The notes under the pieces were generated by a model. That model searched no databases. It was not told the DNA's origin and was given only the letters and a program-made list of their open reading frames with translations. DNA of 62,578 bases, counting the filler, from Globobulimina sp. (taxonomy: Eukaryota), in assembly GCA_003354225.1 (NCBI GenBank). It is 40 parts of 40 records of this genome, joined end to end, with 100 filler letters (N's around TTAATTAATTAA, not from the genome) between each part and the next. Parts side by side here need not be neighbours in the genome. Positions count along the whole stretch, not along the records: positions 34,488 to 35,954 come from PIVH01016220.1; positions 36,055 to 37,521 come from PIVH01016221.1; positions 37,622 to 39,088 come from PIVH01016222.1; positions 39,189 to 40,654 come from PIVH01016223.1; positions 40,755 to 42,220 come from PIVH01016224.1; positions 42,321 to 43,786 come from PIVH01016225.1; positions 43,887 to 45,352 come from PIVH01016226.1; positions 45,453 to 46,918 come from PIVH01016227.1; 32 more parts are not named here. One strand, written 5' to 3'. Within the stretch, counting starts at the first letter, position 1, and every line of letters starts with the position of its first letter. The position numbers and the translations under genes were made by a program. Positions 34,998 to 46,277 of this stretch are shown piece after piece.

Positions 34998-35954
34998 TTA
35001 CAGCAATTCGTTACTATGAGTAAGTGTCTCATCCAATAATTGCTCACTAACTTGAGCAAAATTTACTTTAGATATTCTTGGATTTGCTGAAACTGAAAAT
35101 CTCTTTTTCTCCATATCATCCCCAAAATTTGGTTCAAAAATATATCTAAATAATACACCAGCAATAATCCCAGCTATTGTTGTTCCCACCACATATATCC
35201 AAACATATTCAAAAGTTATTTTGTCCTTTTCCTTTGCACAAGTTACTGCAGACACAATGGTTCCAATATAAACTGCTGGATTTAAACAACAGCCACTAAT
35301 CTGTCCAATAGTATTAATACTCGCAAATAATGCAAATCCAATGGCCATTCCATAAAACCAATTACCAAATTGTTTAGTGCTGACATGGCATACTGTGGAA
35401 ACCAACAAAAATGTACAAATAATCTCTGCAGCAAAAGCCTGACCAATTGAATAACCATTCGAAGTATTCACGGAAGGAAATACATTTTCACATAAAACAT
35501 CATTTGTAATACTCCACGCGAAATATCCACCACATACTCCGCCTGCAATCTGCGCTAAAATATACCAACAAACATTTGCTATGTCAGCAGGAAAGTCCTT
35601 AAACCCATCCAATGAGCCTCTTGCCACTAAACCAATGGTGATTTCTGGATTAAAATGACCACCAGATATATATCCAAATCCATAAAAAAAGGAAACAAAA
35701 CAAAATACAACGGATAATGCTGTACTTACCGCATATAAATGTCCGCTTTCATTTATACCATTTATATCCATTAAATCAGGACCCCCGACAAAATTATGTC
35801 CAGCCGCTAATTTAATAACAGCCACCAACAAAAATGTACCAATGAATTCAAGCATATATTTCTGATATTTACCCTTTTTCTGTTGCTCTGCGGATAATGT
35901 AAATTTGTATAACAAAGCAGCAATTATCCCACCTAACAATTCAGGTACAATATA
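34998..35954 (-). CDS. Aquaporin/MIP, second domain of an apparently tandem-fused protein (5' partial)
   Basis: EFIGTFLLV, SGGHFNPE, AQIAGG, AEIICTFLLV, SGCCLNPA, WIYVVG; preceded in frame by YIVPELLGGIIAALLY, which looks like TM6 of a previous MIP domain. Confidence 0.9.
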   Translation of the reverse strand, partial: YIVPELLGGIIAALLYKFTLSAEQQKKGKYQKYMLEFIGTFLLVAVIKLAAGHNFVGGPDLMDINGINESGHLYAVSTALSVVFCFVSFFYGFGYISGGHFNPEITIGLVARGSLDGFKDFPADIANVCWYILAQIAGGVCGGYFAWSITNDVLCENVFPSVNTSNGYSIGQAFAAEIICTFLLVSTVCHVSTKQFGNWFYGMAIGFALFASINTIGQISGCCLNPAVYIGTIVSAVTCAKEKDKITFEYVWIYVVGTTIAGIIAGVLFRYIFEPNFGDDMEKKRFSVSANPRISKVNFAQVSEQLLDETLTHSNELL

Positions 35955-36054
35955 NNNNNNNNNNNNNNNNNNNNNNNNNNNNNNNNNNNNNNNNNNNNTT
36001 AATTAATTAANNNNNNNNNNNNNNNNNNNNNNNNNNNNNNNNNNNNNNNNNNNN

Positions 36055-37521
36055 ACTGATCTTGACAGTGAAAATAGAAAATATTTATCCATTGCACATG
36101 CGGTACGAAATACAACATTTGGCATTGAAATGCCCTCAAAAATCAGAGAAAGAGCGCAGAAAATAAGACAATCAAACAACAGAAACGAGAGCAATGCAGT
36201 TGAGAATGAATCAGAAGAGAAGAAAGAAGACATATTTTCGTGTGCGATGTGTGAAAAGCGCTGTTTGTCCCTAAATGAATTGCTTTCGCACGAAAAGAAA
36301 TTGCATACCAACCAATGTAAACAGTGCGCATTGCGATTCCGAACAGTTAACTTATTACAACAACACGTCTTTGATAAACATGACTTGTTCTCCGAGAACA
36401 TCAATGATAGTCTGATGCGAGTGGATGAGAATGGAAATTTTATGTTGAATCAAAGCATTTCGACCCAAAGATTTGTTTATCAAAACTCGCGATGGAAACA
36501 AACAGAAAGAGTGCAATATAAAATAAACCAGATTACTGACACAAAGGTTGTGGATGCCAATGTCGATAATAATAAGGAGAAAAGGCTGAAAACTCGTGTC
36601 ACTGCGCACTCATTTATAAAAAAGAAAAGGCATAATATCAGTAATACAGCTCAATGGAGTATGGCGGAAACGGAGAGGTTTTATCAAGTATTATCATATA
36701 CGGCATTGAATTTTGTGTTTATGGAGGTTTTGTATAATAAAGCCACCACAAAACAGGAGGATAAGGTTAAGATTGAGATTAAGGAGGATAAGGATGATAA
36801 GGATGACAAGGACGACAACGAGAGTGTGGTTGAGAGTGTCTGTGAGGATAAGAAAATATTGAAGTGGCGGTACAAAGATGCAAAAGCATTAAAGGCGAAA
36901 TATTATCGCGAGGAAAAGACAAATAAAGAGAGGATAACCAGTATTATACGGAATGTTAAGTTTGAAATGGATACAAGTGATGTGATTGAGGCATTGGTCA
37001 AGAAAAATGATTTTAAATTGAAGGATGAGGACTATTTTAAGGACAGTGATGTGGAGACAGTGGAGGATGTTGGTGATGTTGAGATCGTTGATGAGGATAT
37101 ATTTAATCCATTGATCGCATTTAAAGACGAGATTGAATGCGATAAAGAATCTGAACGAGAGGCAAAGAAGAAAAAGATGGAGAAATTGGAAGGGTTTAGG
37201 AAGGAAAGGGACGAGTCAATGGCCAATGCATTGGCTAAATTTAAGAAAGAACAACAAGAATATAAAAAATATAAAAAGATTAAGGAACAGAGTGTTACGC
37301 CAATTGCAACACCAACGCCCAGTATAAAGATGGATGAGAATGTTCCAAATAATATGGAAATAAATGCGGAGAATGGTGTTGATGAGGATGTTGATGGTGA
37401 TAGCAGTGATTTCGATCCATTTGGCATTTTGGCAGATAAGAATGATAGTGATTGTGGAGTAGATGGATATGAATCACATCATAGTGATAGGAGTGTCACA
37501 AAAAATAAAAAATATAACAAT
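36055..37521 (+). CDS. C2H2 zinc fingers + Bdp1-like SANT/Myb domain protein (partial)
   Basis: CAMCEK..HEKKLH and CKQC..HVFDKH fingers; VTAHSF..WSMAETERFYQVLS..NF..ME and LKAKYYREEKTN.ERI as in TFIIIB Bdp1. Confidence 0.65.
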
Positions 37522-39482
37522 NNNNNNNNNNNNNNNNNNNNNNNNNNNNNNNNNNNNNNNNNNNNTTAATTAATTAANNNNNNNNNNNNNNNNNNNNNNN
37601 NNNNNNNNNNNNNNNNNNNNNGCATACTTTGATAAAAAAGAAATAGACAGATAGTAGTAGAGGATTTTATATGTTTGTTAAACGGTACACAGAGAGTAAA
37701 ACACTCATTTTGCATATCCGTAAATATAAAATGGTCTCTGTCTACAAATCCAACATAAAAAGGAATAAAAAGAGGAGAATAGGTATTATTTATTAAGGGG
37801 TTAATAATTAAAAATGGCAAATAATTTCATAGTTAACGCAAGCTTTCGTTCGTTTAATATTCTTAATACGGTCCTCATTCTGCGCTTGTTTATCTTTCTG
37901 AATATTTTGGGGGGAATTCTTTTGATTTGATTGGTTCTTATTTCTTTTACTGATGACTGGCGGCGAGGGATACTGTGATAATTTGAGGGATTCTTTAAAC
38001 TTTTCAATTAATGGAGGGAAGTGGCCATCCGATTTTGTAAATGTATTGGAATGTTAGGGCGGAACAGCGCTTTTAAACTGTGGTTTATTGTCATTATTTG
38101 GAGGGGGATTAACTGTCATTTCCCAATCTAATTTATAAAAGAACATAGCGCGTAATCTGAATACTTTAATCACAAATTCTTTAAATGGGCTGTTCCAACT
38201 CGGATTTTGATTGATTTTACATAATTCGCCAATGAATCTAACTATAATATTACGATAAATCAATAAAGTCATTCGTATGGAATAATCGCTGCAAATCTTT
38301 CGGTACATTCATGCGTTGCTGCTGCGATGGTCTTAATTTAAGTTTGATATTATTCCTCATCTCGTTTCTATTGGCAGTGTTTGATTGGTTGGCTTGATTG
38401 CATGTGTTGGTTACGTTTGGTTTGCTCATTGAACTCTTTTGTGCCATGCGATAATGCGTATACGTATTTGTTGTGCGATAATGCGGCTCTGTATATTGTA
38501 CATTATTTATTATGGGCTTTGCTATAATAAGGGGAGGATTTATTGTTTTATTTTTATTATCATTATTTATATCATTTATTTGTTGGGTATATATTGCATT
38601 TATTTCCTTAGTTTCGTGTCTATAGTCTGTCTCTTTTGCCGAGGCAATTTCGAGTATCGACAGACTACCTTTTATTAGTTTCTTTGTTTTGGAAGTAAAC
38701 ACCGAAAGATGCGAAATAAAAATGCGAGAGTTATGGTCCTAGTGGGGAGTAGAAAATTGATTTCTTAAGTTTTGAAGATGCAATCAACTACCAACTCGAG
38801 TGTTTTTTTTTCATTGCCGCATTTCACGTACGTTATTAAAAAAAATATAACTGAATTATAAAACAAGAATTATCTCAAAAAAAAAAGAAAGAAAATTTAT
38901 AATACAACAAAACCAAAATAATACGTACATATAAATATAATTTACAAATTTTAATTCAACAAAACGATTTTACAAATTTTTTTTTAATTTTTTTGCCCCA
39001 ATACATATATCTTTCTTTTACATAATTAAACAATGATTATACAATACACTTTACTGAACACCTTCTAAGCTCGCACTTTTAACAGCACNNNNNNNNNNNN
39101 NNNNNNNNNNNNNNNNNNNNNNNNNNNNNNNNTTAATTAATTAANNNNNNNNNNNNNNNNNNNNNNNNNNNNNNNNNNNNNNNNNNNNGATTGGTATGAT
39201 TTTCTCTTCTCTAAACTCTTATAGTCTGTTCGAAATTGATTCGAAAACGACATCAAATCACTTTTAAGAGTTGTACATTATTATTTAGCATACATGCATT
39301 TACCTCTATTAATTTATGAAATGTTCAAAAGCATACAGTATGCATCTGAAGAACGATAACGGAATATATGTAATACATGAAAAATACAACAAACGGATAA
39401 GGAAAATCATAATTTTTTAACAAAATCGTAATAGTTCAATTCCGACTCCATGGCAGACCAGAATATGATTTCAGCCAACAGG

Positions 39483-40477
39483 CTACAGTCCCATACTGGC
39501 CGAAGTATTCAATTTAGTAGTAGCCGAACGACGTAAATAACAATCCATGGAACGCTCCGAACGCCAGCCACCAAATTCACGAATTGAATTAGGGTCCACT
39601 CCATGTTCAATGAGCGCGGTCGCACCACCAGAGCGAAACGAGTGTAATCCAAACATTTTAGGGTCCAGTGAGGTATGACGACCGATGGCAACACGGACCA
39701 AATGGAGGTGATTAGAATAGGTGAGAGGGCGATCATTGAGACGTTTTCCAGATATATTACGAAATAGAAGAGTGGGAGCAGCCACATTAGGTGTAAGCAT
39801 GATTGAGGCCAATTTACAATAATGACGAAGTGCCTGAACAGGGCACAAATCAGAGCCAGTAGCAGCCATAAAGACTTTCATGCCAACTTTGTGTTGATCG
39901 TTTTTTCGCTGTCGAATCAGTAACAGAACAGAGGTATCAGTGCACTCCACATCTCGAACAGATAATGCAGAGACCTCTGCCCAGCGTAGACAGCCAGCAA
40001 ACATCATAAGTGACACTACGAAAGTTCTCCATGGCAAAAGATCGGAAGAGACCTTGCAATCAGCATATAGGGCATGGAGAATGGAAGTATCTGCCGCCAC
40101 TTTAGCATGAGAAGCCGTTCCAAACTGGCGACGGGCAGATTCCACCACATTTTTGCATAAACCACTGGAAGCAGGACCCGGAAGTTCACACAAACGATGG
40201 GCCCAGTCAATACCGTACAGAGCGGCATTAACAGTTGCAACAGACGCAGCTGTATTGAGAACATTTTGAAGGTATAGAGCCACAGACAGGGAGTCAGCTG
40301 GAAGGGCCGAAAAACCATGGGAAGCTGCGAAAACTTTGAATAGGGAAAATGCCCGAGCATACATTTCGACAGTACGAGGTGCTTTACTGTACAATAAAGT
40401 AGTTTGCAGTTGGACACGAAGGTTCAATAGTGAAGGAGGGGTATTGGTAGACGCCCAAGTACCACAAGCAAAAACAT
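39483..40477 (-). CDS. Tyrosine recombinase, diverged paralogue of 28403-29391 (probable spliced 3' exon)
   Basis: SKAPRTV.MY.RAF, YGIDWAHRLC, GCLRWAE, KNDQ, HSFRSGGA, GGWRSERSMDCY; both proteins end MGL. Confidence 0.92.
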
Positions 40478-40945
40478 CTGAAATCAGAAAAACTGCATAC
40501 AGTATACAGAGTATGTAAAAAGGGTGGGAGGGCGGGCCCAAGCAAAATATAAAATTTGAGTATACAAAAACGTAAGAAAACTGTTTAGAAACCAAGCCCA
40601 AACCTGGCCGAAAGAGGGGAAAAGCCTGAATGACTAGAAGCGGCGAGAGCGCCGNNNNNNNNNNNNNNNNNNNNNNNNNNNNNNNNNNNNNNNNNNNNTT
40701 AATTAATTAANNNNNNNNNNNNNNNNNNNNNNNNNNNNNNNNNNNNNNNNNNNNAGCTCGTACACTTAGGCACTATACTCTTCATGTTCAGAAATGGTAA
40801 TAGCAATATATGCCAAATCGAAATTTCGAGTTTTTAATTTCAGGTCCGACCGATTATTAATGGTCGAGTTATGACTATTTCTATACTTTCTATACTTTCT
40901 ACGCATATTAACACATTTTCGTCTTTGTTTCGAATTTATGGTTAG

Positions 40946-40986
40946 GAATTCACGGTCCGGAATTTACGGTCCGGAATTTACGGTCA
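40946..40986 (+). repeat. Three tandem copies of 14-bp GGAATT(C/T)ACGGTC(C/A)
   Basis: Directly visible. Confidence 0.85.
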
Positions 40987-41123
40987 GAAAGTTATATAAC
41001 AATGATAAGTGATACCACAGGTAAAAGTTCCAATTTAAATATCAAATATACGCCTTAACCGTAATCTGCATGAACATATTGTACTCCGTGCTCTGAATGA
41101 TATCCGTTTCGATACATATCTAC

Positions 41124-41972
41124 GACTATTGGAAAACTGACTGACTATGACGATCGTTTGACTATGCCTTTGGACTTTGGCTATTGGAAAACTGTTTGAC
41201 TATGACTTTGAACATTGACTATTGGAAAAACTGGATGTTTGACCACGACTTCGGGCTATTGGAAAACTGTTTGACACTGACGATCGTTTGACTAGGACTT
41301 TGGACTTCGGCTATTGGAAAACAGCTTGACTATGGCGGCCGTTTGACTATGCCTTTGGACTTCGACTATTAAGGTTGAATGACTATGACTTTGGACTTTG
41401 ACTATTGAAAAACTGATCGTTTGATTATGACTTTGACTATTGGAAATCTATTTGACTATAACGATAGGTAGACTAGGACTTTGGACTTTGACTATTGGAA
41501 AAACTGTTTGATTCTGACGGTCGTTTGACTAGACTTTGGACTTTGACTATTGAAAAACTGTTTGACTATTACGGTTGTTTGACTATGACTTTGGACTTTA
41601 ACTATTGAAAAACTGTTCGTTTGACTATGACTTTAACTATTGGAAAACTGATTGACTATGACTTTGGACATTGACAATTGGAAAACTGTTTGACTATGAC
41701 TTTGGACACTGGCTATTGGAAAAAATGTCGTACGACTATGACTTTGGACTTTGACTATTGGAAAACTGTTTGACTCTGACGGTTGTTTGACTACGACTTT
41801 AAACTTTGACTATTGGAAAACTATTTGACTCTGGCGATCGTTTGACCACGACTTTGGACTTTGACTATTGAAAAAACTGTTTGATTATTACGATCGTTTG
41901 ACTATGCCTTTAGACTTTGGCTATTGGAAAACTACTCGTTCGACTACGACATCGACTATCGGAAAGCTGTTT
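41124..41972. repeat. Modular minisatellite built from GACTAT-initiated units (about 19 GACTATTGGAAAACTGTTT-type units plus interleaved variants)
   Basis: Parsed by eye into four related subunits; no ORF of 60 aa or more in the track. Confidence 0.93.
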
Positions 41973-42320
41973 TAAAACCATTTTACCAAAGGCCAGTGTA
42001 AATGTCATCTTTTTTCGACGTTTTTATGTAAAAATCTCTGAAATAATTGAGAATCTGAACATATTTTAACATAAATTAGTAATGTTCTTCAACAAATTAT
42101 GGGTAACAATTGAATTTTAGGAAAACTATGAGACTTTCTGTATAACCGATCAGTTATAGTATATTGCGATTAAATTACCTGAAAAGATACTATGATTTGG
42201 ATGAAGTTCAACCCAAAATANNNNNNNNNNNNNNNNNNNNNNNNNNNNNNNNNNNNNNNNNNNNTTAATTAATTAANNNNNNNNNNNNNNNNNNNNNNNN
42301 NNNNNNNNNNNNNNNNNNNN

Positions 42321-43667
42321 ATATTTGCATATTTGTTTTCTGTTTTTGATTTGTTGAAAACAAAATTTTCTGTCTTCACATTTCCCCCTTGGGTCAAAGA
42401 CAATTCCTGTTTGAAGGCATTGTTTATTTTTGGTGTTTTCGTCGTTGTTGGGGCCATGGATTATATGTCTTACCATATTGCTCAGATAGATTGCATCTGG
42501 TCTTACATATCTCATGCTAACATCTGGTAATTTAGCATCGCTCCATCCGACATATTTTAAAATAAGTCCGTGTGCGATACCGACTTGTGAGGCTCTGGTT
42601 GTACCTCCTATTCTTGTGCTATATGCTGCATAGCGCTTTGGTTCTAGGATATAATTGGAGTTTGCTGCTACCAATTCTTTGATTATTTTGTTTAAGTGAG
42701 TGGTGTTTACTGTTTTTCCTGACTGCCACACAAAAACATTATTTTCTAAGGCCAACGTTAAATGGCTTCTTTGTGGTCCTTTTTGGAGAGATTGTACCAA
42801 TTTTTGTCTACGTTGTAAGTATATTTTTAATAAACGCAGTGGGTTCAATAGTTTGCAAGGACAAGATACATTTGATTGTAGTACTTGTTTACAGTATGAA
42901 TGACCCACATATAATAATTTGGAATCATTCAAGGATTTCATTGATTTATGGGACACAATTTGGATGCGGACGAAATGTGTATGTGGTTTGGAAGGATTTG
43001 GTTTCATGAAAGTAATATGTTTGATTTTTATTCCTTTTTTTGTTTCAGAATATTTGGATAAGAGTAATTCTGAGGGTCTCGACATTGTAAAGAAGTACAT
43101 TTGGATTATTAGTACTTTTAACAATGTATCTAAGGGGATGGTGTTATAATTATTTATTGTACAATTTGATTGTAAGGTGTATCGGATTAGATGTTTAATG
43201 GTTATTGGTAATCTGGAATCCGATGGTTTATCAAATCTTTTTATTGCTGCGGATTTGAATGTGTTATATTCGAAATCCGTGTTAAAAATGGGAGTTATTC
43301 CTGCTGCTTTATGGAGCCATAACAACATTGCTTGGGATTGTCTTACGCTGTTTGTGTTATTGACCTGTTGGATTCTATCAGCAATCCAGAACAGGGCAAG
43401 TGACGGACTTGTTGGTAATTTGAACGGACTTTCTTTCAATGTTACACAGTAAAACACCCAATTTCTTAATTGTGAAATGTATTGGACTTTCGTCCCTGTT
43501 GTTTTGATTACATTGTTTGTTTCTGTTATAAAATCCGCTGTTTTTGGTCTTTTTGTCGATAGTGGGTGTGTTTGAAAAAAACGTTTTTTGTACCAAGCTA
43601 AATATTTGTAACAAACACAAAATTGAATGGCAACTTTAGTCGTACGGATAGAAACAATAAATATAAG
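42321..43667 (-). CDS. Tyrosine recombinase, distinct AT-rich family (3' partial)
   Basis: T..QY...LRNW..YC, catalytic R (TMSRPSEL), K (SHKS), YSTRIGGTT, VGW and MRY; frame open from 43667. Confidence 0.82.
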
Positions 43668-43886
43668 TCAGTTTTTAAAGGCTAAAGTTATTGGCATAAT
43701 TTGGATATGGTATTTTTGCTCTTAATTGTAATGGAATTTGTAGATATTCAATGAATTTATTATACTCAATTGTATCATAATCAATANNNNNNNNNNNNNN
43801 NNNNNNNNNNNNNNNNNNNNNNNNNNNNNNTTAATTAATTAANNNNNNNNNNNNNNNNNNNNNNNNNNNNNNNNNNNNNNNNNNNN

Positions 43887-44312
43887 GCCAATTTTCTGAT
43901 GGTGAAAGGGAATCTGAAATTGATTGATTTTGGCATTGCGAAGGAAATCGTGTCGAATGAGACGACGCGGATCTCGCGGGAGTCGCAAATAGGAACTTTG
44001 AACTATATATCGCCGGAAGCGTTGATTGCCAGCGATAATGGGCCAAATGGAGATAATCAATACAAATTGGGCCGGTCTGCAGATGTGTGGTCGTTGGGGT
44101 GCATTTTGCACCAAATGTTGTTTGGATTTACCCCGTTTACGCATTTAAAGTTTGCACCCAAATTGCAGGCAATTATTAGTCCTTCGTGTTGCAAACTGAT
44201 TAAGATCCACGAAAAGAAATATGTGAGCGAGATTATTAAGCATTGTTTGATGAGAGAACCAAAGAAAAGAATCGCTATTAATGAGTTGATAAATCATGCC
44301 TTTTTGGATTAA
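43887..44312 (+). CDS. MPS1: Mps1/TTK-like protein kinase C-lobe (5' partial)
   Basis: ANFLMVKGNLKLIDFGIAK.I..ETT.I.RESQIGTLNYISPEAL, GRSADVWSLGCIL.QM.FG.TPF. Confidence 0.88.
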   Translation, partial: ANFLMVKGNLKLIDFGIAKEIVSNETTRISRESQIGTLNYISPEALIASDNGPNGDNQYKLGRSADVWSLGCILHQMLFGFTPFTHLKFAPKLQAIISPSCCKLIKIHEKKYVSEIIKHCLMREPKKRIAINELINHAFLD

Positions 44313-44493
44313 TATTCTTTCTCAATTGTACTATTATTATTTACTACTTTTCATTGTGTTGATGACATAAAAGTCATCCTTTAAGTTGTAGTTGCTACAA
44401 ACGTATACGTACTGTGATCAACAAAAAATGTTTATCAATCAAAAAAAAATAATTTTTTTTTTCACGAGAATTAATTTGCTAACTAACGTTCAT

Positions 44494-45352
44494 TTAAATT
44501 TTTCCAATTATTAGTCGTGTTTCATTACATCCAGGATACATTTCAAGTATTTCTTCATCTTTATCAAAATAATTTGAATTAAATAATAATGGTTTCTTAA
44601 TATATTCTGGCGGATTGGCATCACGGACATATAAACATTGATTATATTCATTGAGTCCCCATAAATAATATTCATTATCCGCTGTTTTAACAATATTATG
44701 ATTCCCACCACATTTAATATCAATAATTGTTTCCTTTTTTAATGTTTCATTTGTTTGTGGAAAATATACAGTTTCATCTGAACCATTTCCGCATTGATAC
44801 GCCCAATTCCCTCCAAAACAATATATCTTATTTATTTATTAAAATATATTTGTATAAACACAACACAAAAAGATCAAAACTTTGTTATTTAATGATAATA
44901 ATATATTATGGCAAACACCACAGCATATTTTACCAATATTAATATTGTTTTGAATAAAATATTGTATTCTTGTTGGCAAATATCTATTATTACCATCTCC
45001 ATGACCTAAGCTGCCATGTTTACCCAATCCCCACGACCAAACACCATAATTATTATCAATTGCTAAGGTATGAGAACATCCACAAGATATATCCTTAAAT
45101 TTTGTGTTTATTGGAATTTCTTGAATATTTGGTGATGATTTAATACCTTTACCTAATCCTAAACCACCTCTACCTTCACCATAACCAGCAACATATATAT
45201 TACCATTATCACTTAAAAATGTTGTATGTCGCCCTGTTGTGGCTACTTTTTGAATCGATAATGATGTATTAACTGGTGTCCATTTATTATTATTTTCTGT
45301 CTTTGTTTGTATACCAAATTGATTCCCAGAATTTGACCCGACGGCATATAGT
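44494..45352 (-). CDS. RCC1-repeat protein (5' partial; only partly in the ORF track)
   Basis: Manual translation: ISCGCSHTLAID..VWSWGLGKHGSLGHGD, ICCGVCHN, IKCGGNHN..YLWGLNEYNQC; one short intron at ~44880-44828. Confidence 0.85.
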
Positions 45353-45492
45353 NNNNNNNNNNNNNNNNNNNNNNNNNNNNNNNNNNNNNNNNNNNNTTAA
45401 TTAATTAANNNNNNNNNNNNNNNNNNNNNNNNNNNNNNNNNNNNNNNNNNNNGTAAGTTGTATATCAGAGTTGAAAGAGGGCCATGGTTTTT

Positions 45493-45593
45493 GACCCGAA
45501 ACCAGACCCGAAACATCTTTTACTAACCCGAGCCCGGCCCGACCCGAAATTAGTCAATATTGACCCGACCCAGAGTGTCCAAAAACCGACCCG
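45493..45593 (+). repeat. Cluster of (G)ACCCG motifs, likely subterminal repeats of a truncated DNA transposon
   Basis: About eight ACCCG-like motifs in 100 bp, ending abruptly at the TIR element. Confidence 0.6.
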
Positions 45594-46277
45594 CACAGGG
45601 AAAACAAAAATCGTGATATGCATTGCTATGCAATTTCTCCATCCTTGATATGGCGTTCCACGCGATTGCTATGGTACATAGCAACAGTGATTGCTCTGGA
45701 ATGCAAGGCGATTGCTATGGTTTGGAGAGCAAGTGTATTGAAATCACATAGCAATTGCAAGTGCAACGCATGCATAGCAAGAAGTAGCAAGACAGAGCAA
45801 GATCGATTTCTATGTAGTCTACACACATTTAAAATGGTTTCTGAGCTGTTAAAATAGTATAGCAAGTACTTTAATGTAACCAAAACCTCTTCTGATACTA
45901 TGTTGAAAGCTAAAACAAAAATTTGAACAATTAAACCTAATTTTTAAGTATATTTACAACAGCGAAAATGCAATTCTTCAATTGGAACATTGGCAAGTGT
46001 TCCTGATTAGAAAATACAAGACATATATAGCAAAATATCAAGAAAATAAACTTTGGTTGCAGAGCAATTAGTTTTGCTCTGGTGGCGTAGCAATTGACCA
46101 ATTGCTATGGTGATTGCTATGCCTGATTGCTATGAATTGCTAAGCACTGCAACGTTGCAATCACATATCATGAACATAGCAATTGTATCTGATTTGGCAT
46201 AGCAATCGCGTAGAACGCCATCTCAAGGATAGAGAAATTGCATAGCAATGCATATCACGATTTTTGTTTTCCCTGTG
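45594..46277. mobile_element. Non-autonomous TIR element (MITE-like), 684 bp, CACAGGG termini
   Basis: About 80-bp terminal inverted repeats with 3 mismatches; internal TTGCTAT/ATAGCAA motifs; no coding capacity. Confidence 0.9.

Noticed and set aside
41124-41972. Possible CRISPR array
   Set aside because: No unique spacers: the intervening sequences are themselves related repeats. No cas genes, and the context is eukaryotic.
1569-43786. RT, YRs, helicase and repeat array forming one linked system
   Set aside because: They are on separate length-sorted contigs, so co-occurrence in the window is not evidence of linkage.
46223-46277. C-terminus of the non-LTR ORF (NTGKTKIVICIAM..)
   Set aside because: Read-through into the TIR of the inserted element.
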